A DNA stretch of 63,864 nt, filler included, from Dugesia japonica (Eukaryota), in assembly GCA_001938525.1 (NCBI GenBank). It is 5 parts of 5 records of this genome, joined end to end, with 100 filler letters (N's around TTAATTAATTAA, not from the genome) between each part and the next. Parts side by side here need not be neighbours in the genome. Positions count along the whole stretch, not along the records: positions 26,355 to 42,746 come from MQRL01625321.1; positions 42,847 to 55,155 come from MQRL01618532.1; 3 more parts are not named here. One strand, given 5' to 3'. Positions 34,960-48,118 of the stretch are shown in pieces (the first letter of the stretch is position 1; every line of letters begins with the position of its first letter). Position numbers and translations under genes: made by a program. The notes under the pieces were generated by a model. That model made no database searches, was not told where the DNA came from, and saw nothing but the letters and a program-made list of their open reading frames with translations.

Positions 34960-37294
34960 TTATAATAAAATACAATTTAATTTTCGTTTTAATTTACCTA
35001 ATCTTAAATGAAGTTCATTACAAACTTGACAATAAAACTTATTTCCATATGTCCAGGTTCTTACTACGTTATCTTCTATTATTCTTTTATCATCATAACC
35101 TGTTAAATCGATTTTCCTTTGTTCTATTAATTCAATTTTATGTTTTTCCGATTTTAAAGTATAATTAGTTCCATAAATTATTTCTTTTATATTAAGAGTT
35201 TTTTCAAATTCTTTCATCCCTATTTAATTTAATTTAGAAACCCCTTTGTGCCTTTTATCTAATTTATTGGACTCGTTGGGATTGTCAAATTCATAAGCAT
35301 AACTTTTTGGTTTTATAAAGTCACATTTAATTATTTCATTATTAGGTTTCTCATCTTTCGTTTGAAATAAAATATTTCCTAATAAACTTTCTACTTGTCT
35401 TAAATTATTTCTTCCAATGATTTCTATAAAAATTGAATCTGTGTCTGAGTTATGAACTGTTTATTTATTTAAAAATGCATTATCTAACTGATTATAAATA
35501 AAGTCATAAATTACTTCTTTAGTATATTCTAATATATTGAAACCAATGTATGGAAACTTTTTATATTTTAATTTACTCTGCCTTAAAGCAGCTGTTTCTG
35601 CTTCACCTGTTTCTGTGCATGTAAATATTTACTTGATTTAAAATTTATCTTTGAAGCAAATTTTTGATAATCTTTATCAGATCCAACTATTTCTACATTA
35701 CATCTTTTCCCTATATCTTCTAATGTTTTTCCATAAAAAGCATTATTTAATAATTTGAAAAAGTAATCACCAAAAACATCGTTATTTCTTTTTGATTCAT
35801 TTCTTTGATCAATATTAAATTGAATATAATCTTTTAACCAAGGTTTTGTTAACATTTTATATTTACAATGTATTTTTTTAATTTTAATTCCTAACAATTT
35901 GTATAAATCTAAAGTACTTCCTGAAACAATATAATTTTGTTTATAAAATTGGTTTAAAGTTAATTTAATATTTTTCTTGGTTAATTTCTTGTTAAATGAT
36001 AATTGATAAGGAGCTAACATTTCTTTAGTTATATTAATTCTATCTGGAGCTAAAGGAAATTATTTTGTCTTTTCATGTATATCCGGAGAATATTCTAAAT
36101 TCACTTCATAAATATAATTTATTTTATTTGTTGATTTAGTATATTCTAAGTTGTCACATTCATAGATTTCATCTATTGGTAAAGGCTTTGTCATACAAGA
36201 TGCATATAATGAATTTTCATCTAAATATTTTATAAATGTGTCTTCAAAATATTTTTTAGGAATGTTTTGTTTATTTTTTATTAAAGTTTCTTTTTGTAGC
36301 TTTATTAATTTGTTTGAAATTTTTATTTTTATTATTATCATGGTTAGAAACTGGTCTTTCTCCACAAACACCTGAATAACCACCTCTAACTCCTTTTTCT
36401 ATTTTTAAAAATGTATTATATGTATCTTCTTTTGCATATTTTAATTTTTGTTTTGTGAATTTCATTCCTGAATTCCAAGTTAAACCTGGTGCAAAATAAC
36501 AATAACAAGGATCTATTTGATAATTATTTAAACAAGTCTCTCTAAAGTTTTCAAAGAAATCTGTTAAAATAATTTACATTTAGATCTTTCTCTTCCATGA
36601 ATCTTTGAAGTTGATTTATTTAATTATTTACAATAATTTTTACATCCCCTTGAACAGTGATTTTTATATTATCAGAATATGAATTAAATATTCTTTCTTC
36701 ATCTTCTTTAGTGTAATTGCAATTTACATTCAAGCGTAGCATTATTTTATTTGAATAATCAAAATAAATATTCACAATTTTAGTAATTTCTTTTTTAAAA
36801 ATACTCATAAGTTTAAAACATAATTGTTGAATATTATTTCTGGTTAATTCAATTTTACTTTCTTTAACATATTCAATTTTATAATAATTTATAAATTTTA
36901 AATGTTTAAAAATCACCAGGTAATTCATCAAATAATTTTTTAGTTTCTTCTTGTTTCAATTTCAAAGCACGCTCTTTGCGTATTTCACTATTAAAATGTG
37001 ATTTTGAATGATTTGGTCTTGTAAAGTTTAACTTGCAAATATCACAAAACAATGTAAATACACTAATCCCAGAACAACCTCTATTACTTCCACAATTTGT
37101 GGAGTTTTTATGTAATCGCAAGCATTTTAACTTGCTAATCTTTTAAAACAAATGTTGCATGTGTGATAATCATGTACCGATCTTACACATGTTTGAGATT
37201 GGATATGCTACGACAACCCTGCGTTATTCTAGTTACAAACAGGACTATTAAAAATTACCGTTAAAGCGTTTTGATTTCCACTTGTGATATTCAT
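34960..37294 (-). pseudogene. Protein-primed family B DNA polymerase (pPolB) with N-terminal zinc fingers; exonuclease domain deleted
   Basis: FENFRETC..IDP..APGLTW, KGVRGGYS, YLDENSLYASCMTKPLP, FFKLLNNAFYGKT, PYIGFNILE, NSDTDSIF (35434-35445), YDDKR; C2H2-like FCDICKLNFTRPNHSKSH. Confidence 0.93.
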
Positions 37295-37339
37295 TTTATA
37301 GAAAATAAATTTGGTTGTATAGAAAAACTACATTTAAGG

Positions 37340-38000
37340 TTATTACTTAGTGTTAGACGTTTTTACTATATAATTTGGTAAATCACTTTTAGCTGCATAT
37401 ACTCTTTTTATATCACCTTTGTATTCTTCTGGAACTTTTACTCTTGTTAATCTTTCACATCAATTATCAGTATTAATTTTTACTTCATTTGCAATATTGA
37501 TACAATCCAAATTTGTAATAATACAATCATCATCATCTTCGTATTTTATCAATGAAAGTTTTAAGTCTGGATGTTCAATAAATTTTGGTTTTTGCTCAAA
37601 GTTTAATTGTTTCCTTAATTTATTATTTTCATCTCTTTCTTTTTGATATCAGAGTTCAAAACGGTTTTATAATTTCAACATTTCTTAAATCTTGTTTTGA
37701 TAAATTATTTATTAATTTACTCTTACATTCTGACTCACAAAATTCATCAAGCATTATACTTAATAATGTTTTAAACTTTTCACTATCATTAAATTTCTCA
37801 ACTTGTAAATACATTTCTTTTAAAACAGTCGAATACTTATTTGCAGTTTTATTTGTAGTTTCACAGTTGGCAAAACTTTCAATTTCCTTGATACTATAAT
37901 TTTCAAGTATAGAAAATTATTTATTGTGTTATACAAAATATTTATACCAAAGATTTCTTGTGCTCCAGAAGGTTGCGAGTTTTCCTGAGCATTTTGTTTT
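37340..38000 (-). pseudogene. Decayed Polinton ORF upstream of pPolB, unknown
   Basis: Long, nearly open K/E-rich minus frame (SIKEIESFANCETTNKTANKYSTVLKEMYLQVEKF...). Confidence 0.4.
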
Positions 38001-38289
38001 GAATAACTTGTTTTTTACTACACATTTTCTATAATAAAAAAACAATATTTATAGTTTCTTTTGAATAGTATTTTAAACACATTTTAAAAAATCTGAATGA
38101 CTCATTTAATAATAATCGTTTTTCACTTGCGTTAGCTCTCTCTTCGTTTGCGTGTGCTCAAATTTAGGTTCATTGGTTCCGTTAGAATTTTGCATTTGTT
38201 GGTTTTAAATGGGAACTTTTGAGATGGGACACTTTAGGATTTGTATTCGTTGGGTTTGGTTTTTTGAAAATTGCTTTATTAAAGATTCA

Positions 38290-38830
38290 TATTGACCATT
38301 CTCATCTCTTTTTGAAATTTTAATGTTTTTTATTATTATAAAGAATATTAAATTGTTTTAAATATTGTATTATTATTTTATCATTTACATTATTTTGTTT
38401 CCAAAAATTTGAAACAGAATTTTCTATAAAATTATAACTTTTTAAGAGTTTATGAAAATCACTTTGCATTATTTCATTACTAACCATTTTATTAATAAAA
38501 CCTTTTACAAAACCATACAGAATTATACAGTATCTAATCAGAAACTTAACTATACGTTAACTGTACCTTAACTGAACCCTAACTGTACCAAAACAAAACC
38601 TTATTAAAAATAATAATAACTAATTTTCTATTTGTGTTTGTTTATTTTCAAATTGACCATTAACATCTCTTTTTCGAGCTTTAAAAATTGTTCTCCTATT
38701 ATAAGGAATATTAAATTCTCTTAAATATTTTCTTACTGTTTTCTCATTTACATTATTTTGTTTTAAAAATGCCATAACTGAATTTTCTATAAAATTATAA
38801 CTTTTTAAAATTTTATAAAACTTTTTTCAG
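38290..38830 (-). repeat. Tandem ~170-bp paralogous segments (38290-38460, 38652-38822) encoding HTH-like peptides
   Basis: NFIENSVMAFLKQNNVNEKTVRKYLREFNIPY versus NFIENSVSNFWKQNNVNDKIIIQYLKQFNILY. Confidence 0.6.
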
Positions 38831-38877
38831 TTGATCCAATTACTATATTTATTCCATTTATTGCAATTGTATTATTA

Positions 38878-39082
38878 GAAGCCATTTTCTTTACCAATAA
38901 AATAAATCTAAAATTAAAAAATCAAGTCATTAACACAAGTAGATGAGAAATGGCGCCTTCCCTTTTGGTATTGCCATTTACTTTCACAATTCAAAATTTT
39001 ATATTGTTATTTTTAAAGTATTAAACATGTACGTGAGTGAAAGGGTAGAACCTTGGCTGGAAGGCGCCATTTCTCATCTACT
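38878..39082 (-). repeat. Right TIR with internal perfect 24-bp inverted repeat
   Basis: 38938-38961 agtagatgagaaatggcgccttcc is the exact reverse complement of 39059-39082 ggaaggcgccatttctcatctact. Confidence 0.92.
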
Positions 39083-42000
39083 ATTGATTTAATTGGAAAA
39101 CATTTGTCTTTAACATTCGTAATTATATTTACCAATAAACCAACTTAAAGCGATCCTTTGCCTTTAGAATATGTCCAAAAAAATAAAATAAAATTGAAAA
39201 ACTTCAACTTAATTAATTTTTTTCCTCGGATCTCAAGGTTGGGCACCTCTGATTTATAATATAGATAAAACATCATTACAATCAACATTAATAAATTTAT
39301 GTTTGATTTACATATAGTCGTACCTCNCAGTTTCTAACAATTTTTCATTATTCTGAAAATGAATGATTATTTTTTCTAATATCTTTTTATAATTTATTGG
39401 AGGCAATTTTATTTGAAATGTGATTAAAAGAATAATGGATATAAAGTTAAAAGTAACAATCTAATAATCAGAAATTAAAGAAAACAGTAAATTCGTCTAT
39501 AACAAAGTCGAAAATTCGAAATAATATCAAGAACTAAAATGATAACAAAAAGAAAATCAATTTTATTAATTGTCAAAATATTTTATTTCAATTTTTAAGA
39601 AATAATATGATTAAATAACTTTTTAAGATAACTTCTTCTTTCCCATAAATTAATGTTCAATGTATGACAGAACATTTCTAATTCAAATTGTTCAGAGAAC
39701 TACTTTTAAACTTTCAAATACAATTTGTATATTAAATATTTCAATAAAAACGAAAGACCAATATCTTTTAATAATAAATACTAATTCAATTGTAAACATA
39801 ACTTTGAAAAATTGTTTCAAACTCTTTCAATTGTCTGAAACTATTGTAAAGCTTTCTTGATTTGTAAGATATTTTATCTTGTTAAACTATTCATCTAGTT
39901 TAAGGATTATTTTTAAGTCTTGAATTTTTATTTCTTAAATATTTATTAAAGTAATATTAAAGTATGTCTGAGATATATACATATTAATATATAATTGCTG
40001 GAATAAAACTTTTATGAAAACTGTATTTTATAGTTTAGTACAGGCTACTTTTTGTATTTGAAATGTTTAAATGCTGCACTAATAAGACAAATGATGACAT
40101 AATATTTAAGTCAAGTTGTGATATAGAAAAGACCCTAATAATCTTATACATGTTAAAGTTGTCAATTTCTACAGAAACNTATTTATATGTTATAATATTA
40201 AAATTCTTTAAAAATTGATTTTCCTATTGATGACACGTATCTTATGTATATCGTGAATCTAGTGCTTTTATAATGATTAAACGCATATTTATAATAGATA
40301 AATGTTAATTTTTGTTTAAATAGCCCACGATTATTCTATTGGAAATAAGGGAATTTAATTTTTGTCTTTAATTTAACATTAAAATTTTGATAATATTCAA
40401 TTCGTGTTGAATTTGTTTTTTCTAGGTTATCAGAAAAAAAATCTCAGAAAGTAAAGTTCCTGAAAAATTATCTTACTAATACAATTGAAAAGTTTTCGAC
40501 AACAGAAAAACTTTTATCAAATTGTTCTGGAAAAATAAATTATTTCTTATTTCCTGATATTAATTTTGTAAGTTTTCATTTATTTATTTTCAATAACTTA
40601 TTTAATATAATAAAATTTTATTAAATTTAAATAAATTAATTAATTAATTTTATTAAATTAATTAAATTAAATTTATTCATTATTTCTGATATTAATTTTT
40701 GTTAATTAATATTTATGACTTTTAATAAATCAGTTTGTTTAAATAGAATTGCTGTTGACATCTGCTGAGAAATTCAATAAATTTATTATTAAATGTCTAC
40801 GATGCATCAAGTAAATTAATTGAAGAAAAAATACAATTTGTCTCTGAATTAAATATTAGTTTAAATAATAAAATAGAATTATTTTAAAATTCGAACTTAT
40901 TTCTTTTAATTTTTATTAATTTATTTATTTGTAGAAATTGTATCTGAAATTTATTTAATAAATATTAAAAATGACGATTTTATAATTTTTACCTTTTTAA
41001 TAAATAAATAATTCTAACAGTAAGTTAATGTTTAAAGAAATACGATCATATTTCTTTTAAACTGGAGTATTGTCTAATATAAAAAAACATTAAGTAATAC
41101 ACTGATAAATGATCGAATATAATAGTTATTAATTAGAGTATTATCAGACAGAAAAGAATTAATTAATATAATTTAGACGTAAATATGATGACAATTAATA
41201 CGTGTTTTTACTAATACTACTTTCGGTATTAATAAAAAATATTAATAATGATCAAAAGAGAAAACTTCTGTATTTTCTTTTTAATAAATTATTGATGAAT
41301 TTATCAGTATATCTTCATTCTTAAAGTTACTTTCAATAAACTATAGAAAAATTCTTTTCATTTAATTTTAATAATCAACGATCAAGTATTACATAACATG
41401 ATTTGGAAGGATTTAAAAATATTATTTTTGTTTCTACTGGTGGATTAATTTTTCAAAAAGCTTTTATCATCGAAGCAAGAAAAATTATTTTAGAATTTTA
41501 GTGAAAGATAAAAGAAAAATATCAATTCAGAAACAGTTTATTTTATTTTATTATTCTCTACAAATGCATAATCTCATTGAATTTTTAAAAAATACTCGGA
41601 TTATTTATATAAATACTATTCATGTTTAAATTTTTAAAATTTGACTTTTACATTGTTATATAAAATTTTATGATCCAGAGAAGTTTTAATAATATTGTAA
41701 AAATAATTTTTTTTTAATAAATCATTTCATTTTTGAATTTTAAAAAATAATTTATTAAGTTCATTGGTTTCTAATTTAAAATTAATTTTCAGTTAATATA
41801 TTGTCAGATCTAATGATAATTTTGTTAAATTTTTGTAATTAAGATTATTATAAAATATAAATAACGCCATTTAAAATAAAATTTCTTTGTTATATATTTT
41901 GATGAATCAACCGTCATAATCAGACAAAAATGAAAAAATGAGTTTATTCAATCTATATTATTCAATCAATGATTTAAGCAATTATATTGAATATTAGTAG

Positions 42001-42702
42001 GCATCCGTGTCCAAAATAAATTCTCTATTTATATCTGGAAAACATAATATTGCAGACATTATTTGTGCTTCTTTCATTCCATTAAAAACTTCCATTCCAT
42101 TAAAAAGATAAATAGATAGATAGATACACAGACGAACAAATAGATGCGTATATATATAGATAGATATGTAAACTGAGAGAAATAGAATAAATAAAATATA
42201 ATTAATAATAAATGCCGATGATAGTTAACTAAATCAAAGGATTACTATCTAAATTTTTGCGAAACTAAAATGTTAACATAGCTATTGTAATTAGACTGCA
42301 GAAATATTGAATGCAAATTTCATTAATTAGAGCTCAGATTTTCATTAAAAACATAACATGAAAATTTGCCGAACTTAAATTGTAATTTTGGTTGCAGAAT
42401 TTCATTTATTTAATTCATTATTTTCATCCATTTCAAAAATATTTTTATTGAATAACGTGAATTTAGATTCTTCAATTTGCTGGCGAAAATATGGAAATGC
42501 GATTATCTATTTTCTGCAGACATCCCAGATTTTCCAGTTTAGACGTCTATTATTCTCCACATTTAGTAAATACTCTAAAGAGCAGGATTTTTACCACAAA
42601 GTAATTATTTTTTTTCTCAATCGATTATTGCATGCCTATTGAATTAAAATAATATTTATATTAATTTTAATGATAATAATAATAGTAATAGTAATAATAA
42701 TA

Positions 42703-42746
<44 letters not shown>

Positions 42747-42846
42747 NNNNNNNNNNNNNNNNNNNNNNNNNNNNNNNNNNNNNNNNNNNNTTAATTAATT
42801 AANNNNNNNNNNNNNNNNNNNNNNNNNNNNNNNNNNNNNNNNNNNN

Positions 42847-43125
42847 TCATGTTTTTTTCTATGAAGTGTGGAAATATAGCCCGGTCCTAGTGTTTTCAAT
42901 GTTGTTGTTCTAGTGAAATTTTATGTTGGTGTTGAAAGTGTTTGAATACTTCACTTTCTTTTCGTTTCACATGTTTCTTAATTCTTGTTTGGATGGTTCT
43001 TGCAGAAAATTACTATTGTAAAAATAAATATTTATTGTATCAAAAAGCCAATCTCTGACGAAGACAAAGTCGAAAATTAGATTTATTATCAAAAAAGACA
43101 AAATTTGATCGAAGCTTTTATTTTC
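42847..43125 (-). mobile_element. Penelope-like fragment: GIY-YIG remnant with inverted hammerhead-bearing tail
   Basis: Minus strand RTIQTRIKKHVK and SEVFKHFQHQHKI (RxLxTRIKEH motif). The plus-strand tail shares tttgatcgaag with 3736-3750. Confidence 0.6.
43050..43083 (+). ncRNA. Minimal hammerhead ribozyme motif
   Basis: aatct-CTGACGA-A-GAC/aaa/GTC-GAA-AATT-agatt: CUGANGA and GAAA boxes intact, 5-bp stem I; the cleavage nucleotide appears deleted. Confidence 0.55.
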
Positions 43126-44559
43126 ATGAATTCTAGTTGTATTTTATTATTTTTTTATATTTAAAAATTTTTAAATTATTATTATCATAAATTAATATAA
43201 TTTTATTCAATTCAAATTTTATTGTTATTAAATAATATATTATTTAAATATTATATTATTTCTTGATTTAATATTTTCTTATTTATACTTATATACTTTC
43301 AAAATAAAATTTATTTTTATACATTAAACACGAAATTAGTTAAATTTTGAAACGAAAGTTGTGCTTTTAATTATAATCAATTTTATTGTTTCTGAAAACA
43401 TCAAAAATCACTGGGATGGAAAACAATCAAAGTTATCGAAGATCGAAACTGATAAAGCTTTGGTTGGTAATTAGTTCATTGTCAGATATTAAATCTGTTT
43501 TGGTTAGGATTAAAAATATTTGAAAGCAACAAAATACTGAGAAAAATTCTAATAGAGAAGATTAAAAAATAATCTTTAACACGATAAGTGTCAAAAAATA
43601 TAAACGGTTTCATGAAATCTGCATAAATTTTTAATATTTTTTTTATTATTAGTTAAAAAAAATTTAGAACTTTTAGAATTTTAAAAAATATTTTTAAATC
43701 TTTTTAATTTTTAAAATTTTAATTAATTATAATTTTAAATTAATTTTAAAAATATTTCAAAAATTTTTATTAGATAAATTTAAAATAAATTTACTTAATT
43801 AAATAAATAAAATAATGAAATAATAGAATTTTAAAATTTGGTAAATATTTAGATTTATTTAAATTAAATTTATTTTTAATGAATGATAATTTGTATAAAT
43901 AAATACACATCAAAATTAACATTATTTTTCTTGAATAAAATTATTATGGAACTTGAAAATGTTATTGAAACTACACCGTGTTGTAAATTTCTCTAATATA
44001 ATTAATACAATTATTTAAAATCTTTATTTGAAATCTCTCTGAGAGTATTTTTAATAATCTTACTTTTGCTTGAATAAATAATATGTGAACAGAAGACTTT
44101 AATAATTTATTTTTAACTCTTATTTCATTACAATGTTGATGAATATATTTTCTTAAAGATAATTTTGTTATATAAATCCTTCGTTAAATTTTAGATGTTT
44201 CTTTGGTCCCCAAAATTTAGTATAATAAATGCATGCAATGATAAGTATGTTCACAAATAACAGTTTTGTTATTTTTCTTTTTAATCTTCAATTTTTGAAG
44301 TTTGGAAAAGTTACAGAAAAAAGCTACGGAAACGTCATGAGACATTAGTGCCTTAAATGGATATAATGCCAAAATTGAGAGGTATAATAATTTAATAATT
44401 GTTTTAGTAATTTCAAAAGTAGCAATTCTTAGCTTGAAGACAAATCTNNNNNNNNNNNNNNNNNNNNNNNNNNNNNNNNNNNNNNNNNNNNNNNNNNNNN
44501 NNNNNNNNNNNNNNNNNNNNNNNNNNAAAGAATTCTTAGACATCTCTATTTAATTGGTT

Positions 44560-45257
44560 TTCAACATATCTTTGGAGCTTGGATGTCTGTCAAACCTACC
44601 AAACAAAATAAAGAAAATTGCCTCCAAATTGCCTGTCAATATTTGAGTGACATGCGGAGATGAGGAATGAATACTGCATAGAATCGTAATGGAGAACAAA
44701 TAATGCTTCTACGTCAACATGAGGCAGTCAAAGAAGTGGGTAGCTAAGGAAGTCGCTACTAAGCAAAGAGTTAAAGAAGTGATTCATTTCAAGAAAATAA
44801 TGATATGTGTCTTATACAACTGAGAGGGTTTGGTGCTCTGAGAAATCCTTGAGAAAAATATGATAATTAACAAGAAACTCTATGTAGCCCAGTTGCATCG
44901 AGTGAACGAGGCCATTTTATCTTGCTTCACGACCACGTACGGCCATACATATAAAACGACCTCCAAAATTCTAATAAGAGGTTCTTCGGCATTAGACCTG
45001 CATTCCTTAGTTTATCCCATATTACTTTTTCAGTTGGCTGTCCAATTAAATACAGCGTGTATTTCAACAAATTAAAGGATCTGAAAACCTGAATCAACAA
45101 ATTGAGTGAGAGGTGGGAGCAAGTCTTGAACAAAAATGGAAACTATATATGTGATTTATTTGTAATAATAACTTTTTATAATAATAATAAAATAATTAGA
45201 TTTTTCTATAAAACATTTTAATAAAAAAAACGCGGGAACGTATTTATCAACTTAACA
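44560..45257 (+). mobile_element. Mariner transposase remnant
   Basis: LHRIVMENK*CFYVN, KIMICV, INKKLYVAQLHRVNEAI, LSERWEQVLNKNGNY; 3' TIR-like end. Confidence 0.75.
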
Positions 45258-46837
45258 TATCAATATTAAAAATTTTTTATAATATATTAATTTTCCTTTA
45301 GTATATTTATTATATAATGCATGATTAAATTTTGTCAAAAATAAAAATTTAATTTGATATTACCAGCAGAAAATTACAAAATATCAAAATATATTATCTA
45401 ATATCTTATGCAACACTTTAACATTTGTTTGTTTACAACTAAAGATAACCCTTTAAAAATACAATAAATTTATTTATTTTAACTATTTATTATGCAATTT
45501 AATGTTTACTTTTAAATTTGATTTTACATTTTTATATTTTATAAACTTTTTGATAAATATTATTAATTTAAATCTTACATCGTTATTTTTTTAATTATAT
45601 TTATATTAATTTATTCAATATGTAAATTTCTCAATATGATTGAATTTATTTAACTAACAAATCTCACCCTATCAAATTCTAAATTTCTAAATGACAATGT
45701 TAAATTTCCACTAATTTAATTATTAATTTAAATATTTATTAGATCATCTTAATTTATTAATTCCTGATTTTAGAATTAAAGTCAGGTTCTCGAAATTTCT
45801 CGGAAAATATTTTCACTAGAAACTGTTAAATAATTTTTATAAATTTTTTTTAAGTAGAAAATCGAATATTTTTTTTTAACAATATTTATTATTTTTATTT
45901 GAATTTGCAAAAAAGATTATGAATTTTCACTACTACTTCTTTGAATATTGCTATTAAAAATTAAGTTTAATGATTACAATTTAAGGAAATATAATTTTTT
46001 GGTNNNNNNNNNNNNNNNNNNNNNNNNNNNNNNNNNNNNNNNNNNNNNNNNNNNNNNNNNNNNNNNNNNNNNNNNATACATTTTAGTAGATTATATTAAT
46101 TTCAAATGTTACTGATCTGCATATCAGATAACTATAGAGATTACGGCGTTGACTTGCCGTCTTTGCGATTGATTTTCTAAATATATTTGAATGACCACAA
46201 TCATGTGACAATTTTTATGTTCTTGGTGAGTTAACAATTTTTTCATGGCTGACACTGAGATGATCAATGTCGTTTATCAAGTAATATGTAAATAATGAAA
46301 TCTCAAATGCGATCAATGGTTAAGTCCAACAATTATTCTCACAATAATTGTAATTATAAAATAAATACCGTATCAAATATGTGTTCATAAAGTCGATAAA
46401 ATTGAGGTAAACAAGAAACATGTTTGTAAGAGGTCGCAACTTATCTTCACTCAAAATTATTTGACCTCTTATTGAGTATTTGATACTAATTCAGACTGAG
46501 ATGAAATAAATTCCAATTATAATTATGAAATTAAATTACTTTGACTATGATACTGAATATTCTGAATTTATCTAAACTCAAATGCTTTGTTTATTTAGAA
46601 ATTGATTTGGGAAATATCGAAAGACTACTTAGAAAGTAAAGATTTCACAAGAATATGTATTAAATAATAGATAATTTGATTAAACAGCAGATAATGCAAA
46701 TAAATCGTCTTGAGGCTTATGAAAACGCTATGAATTGAAATCAAACTGAATGACAACATTAAATCAAAACAATAATAATACTGAGAACAAAAGTAAAGAA
46801 ATTAAAGGTTGATTAAAACGGCTGTTAGACAAATATA

Positions 46838-48040
46838 TTAAGTCTGCAAATAAATAATCCAAACCTTTTAGAATCAATTTTCAAATTAAATATTCAAATG
46901 ACATTTAATTTACAAAAGAATCAAGCGAAAACCTCATATAATTTCAGTTCAGTAGTGTCCTAAATGGTAAAAAGTAAGGAACAAATTCTCTACTACATTC
47001 TGTTTGAATTTCAGCAAAGGAAAATTCAAGAAGATAATTTCAATCAATTTGTTCTGTTCTCGGCAAAGAAGAAGTGTCGCAAAATGTGTGCGCAATTTTT
47101 TTCCGGAACTTTGAAAGCGGGGATTTTAGTGTTTAAGACAAACAACGTTCTGGTCTACAAGAACATACAGCAATGAATATTTGAAGATCTACTCTCTTAT
47201 AATTCGGTATATACACTGACAGAGCCTTCAAAACAATTAGGTGTAACTCAAAAAACTGTTTTTAACCATCTTCATGAGATGTTGAAGATCCAAAAAGAAG
47301 GAAATTGGGTCCCGCAATAAACCTATTTAATCCAAAAAAGTCCAAAAATGGGAATTTGTTTTTCTCTTCTCAATAGACAACGTCAAAAGTCGTTCTTATG
47401 AAAAATTGTGGCGGAAGATGAGAAATGGATACAATATGATGACTCAAAAAGTGAAAAGCTATGGGTAGATTCTTGACAACCTTCAACATAAGTCGCACAG
47501 CCCAATCGTTTCGTAAAAACAGTAATATTCTGCATTTTGTCGGATATTAAGGAGCTATTGCAATTCGGTGAAACATTTACTATCAATCGCCGCCAAGATT
47601 AATTAATTAGATATATTCAACATTTGGACCTGAAACACCAGTTTAGTTGAAAAGAAAAACGTTCTGTGAAATTGGTGCATGAAAATAATAGGCTACATAT
47701 TACTTCAAAGATAAAGGACACCATAATGAAACTTGGCTGAGAAATCTTGGAGTACTCAGAGTATTTACCAGTTTAAACTGATTATCATTTGCTCCAATCG
47801 ATGCAGCACATCTTTAACGATACACACTTTCAAACAATCAATGACATCCGAAAATGGCTTGACGACTTTATAGCGTCCAAACAGCAGGAATCCTTTCAAC
47901 ATTGTCTCGTAAGCTACCTGAAAGATGTCTTAAAGTTATTGATAACATCGGCAATTACTTTGATTGAAATATTTGTCACTTTTTCTTTAATATAGTTGGA
48001 AATTAGCTGAAATATTTGGATTATTTATTTTTAGACCTAA
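46838..48040 (+). mobile_element. Full-length decayed mariner (DD34D)
   Basis: TA-flanked TIRs ttaagtctgcaaataaataatccaaa / tttggattatttatttttagacctaa; WVP, IVAEDEKWIQYD, HENNR, TDYHLLQSMQH. Confidence 0.9.
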
Positions 48041-48118
48041 TATTTTAATAAAATATCAAATACAATCAATGGTTAAAGCCAAGAATTATTCTTGCAATAA
48101 TTTTAATTNNNNNNNNNN

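Larger units (their letters stand above)
27996..39082. mobile_element. Polinton/Maverick (adintovirus-like) endogenous virus, decayed, ~11 kb
   Basis: Long TIRs ending ...CATCTACT (5'-AG...CT-3'). PLA2, integrase, ATPase, penton and adenain on +, pPolB on -. Lies within one assembly segment. Confidence 0.95.
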
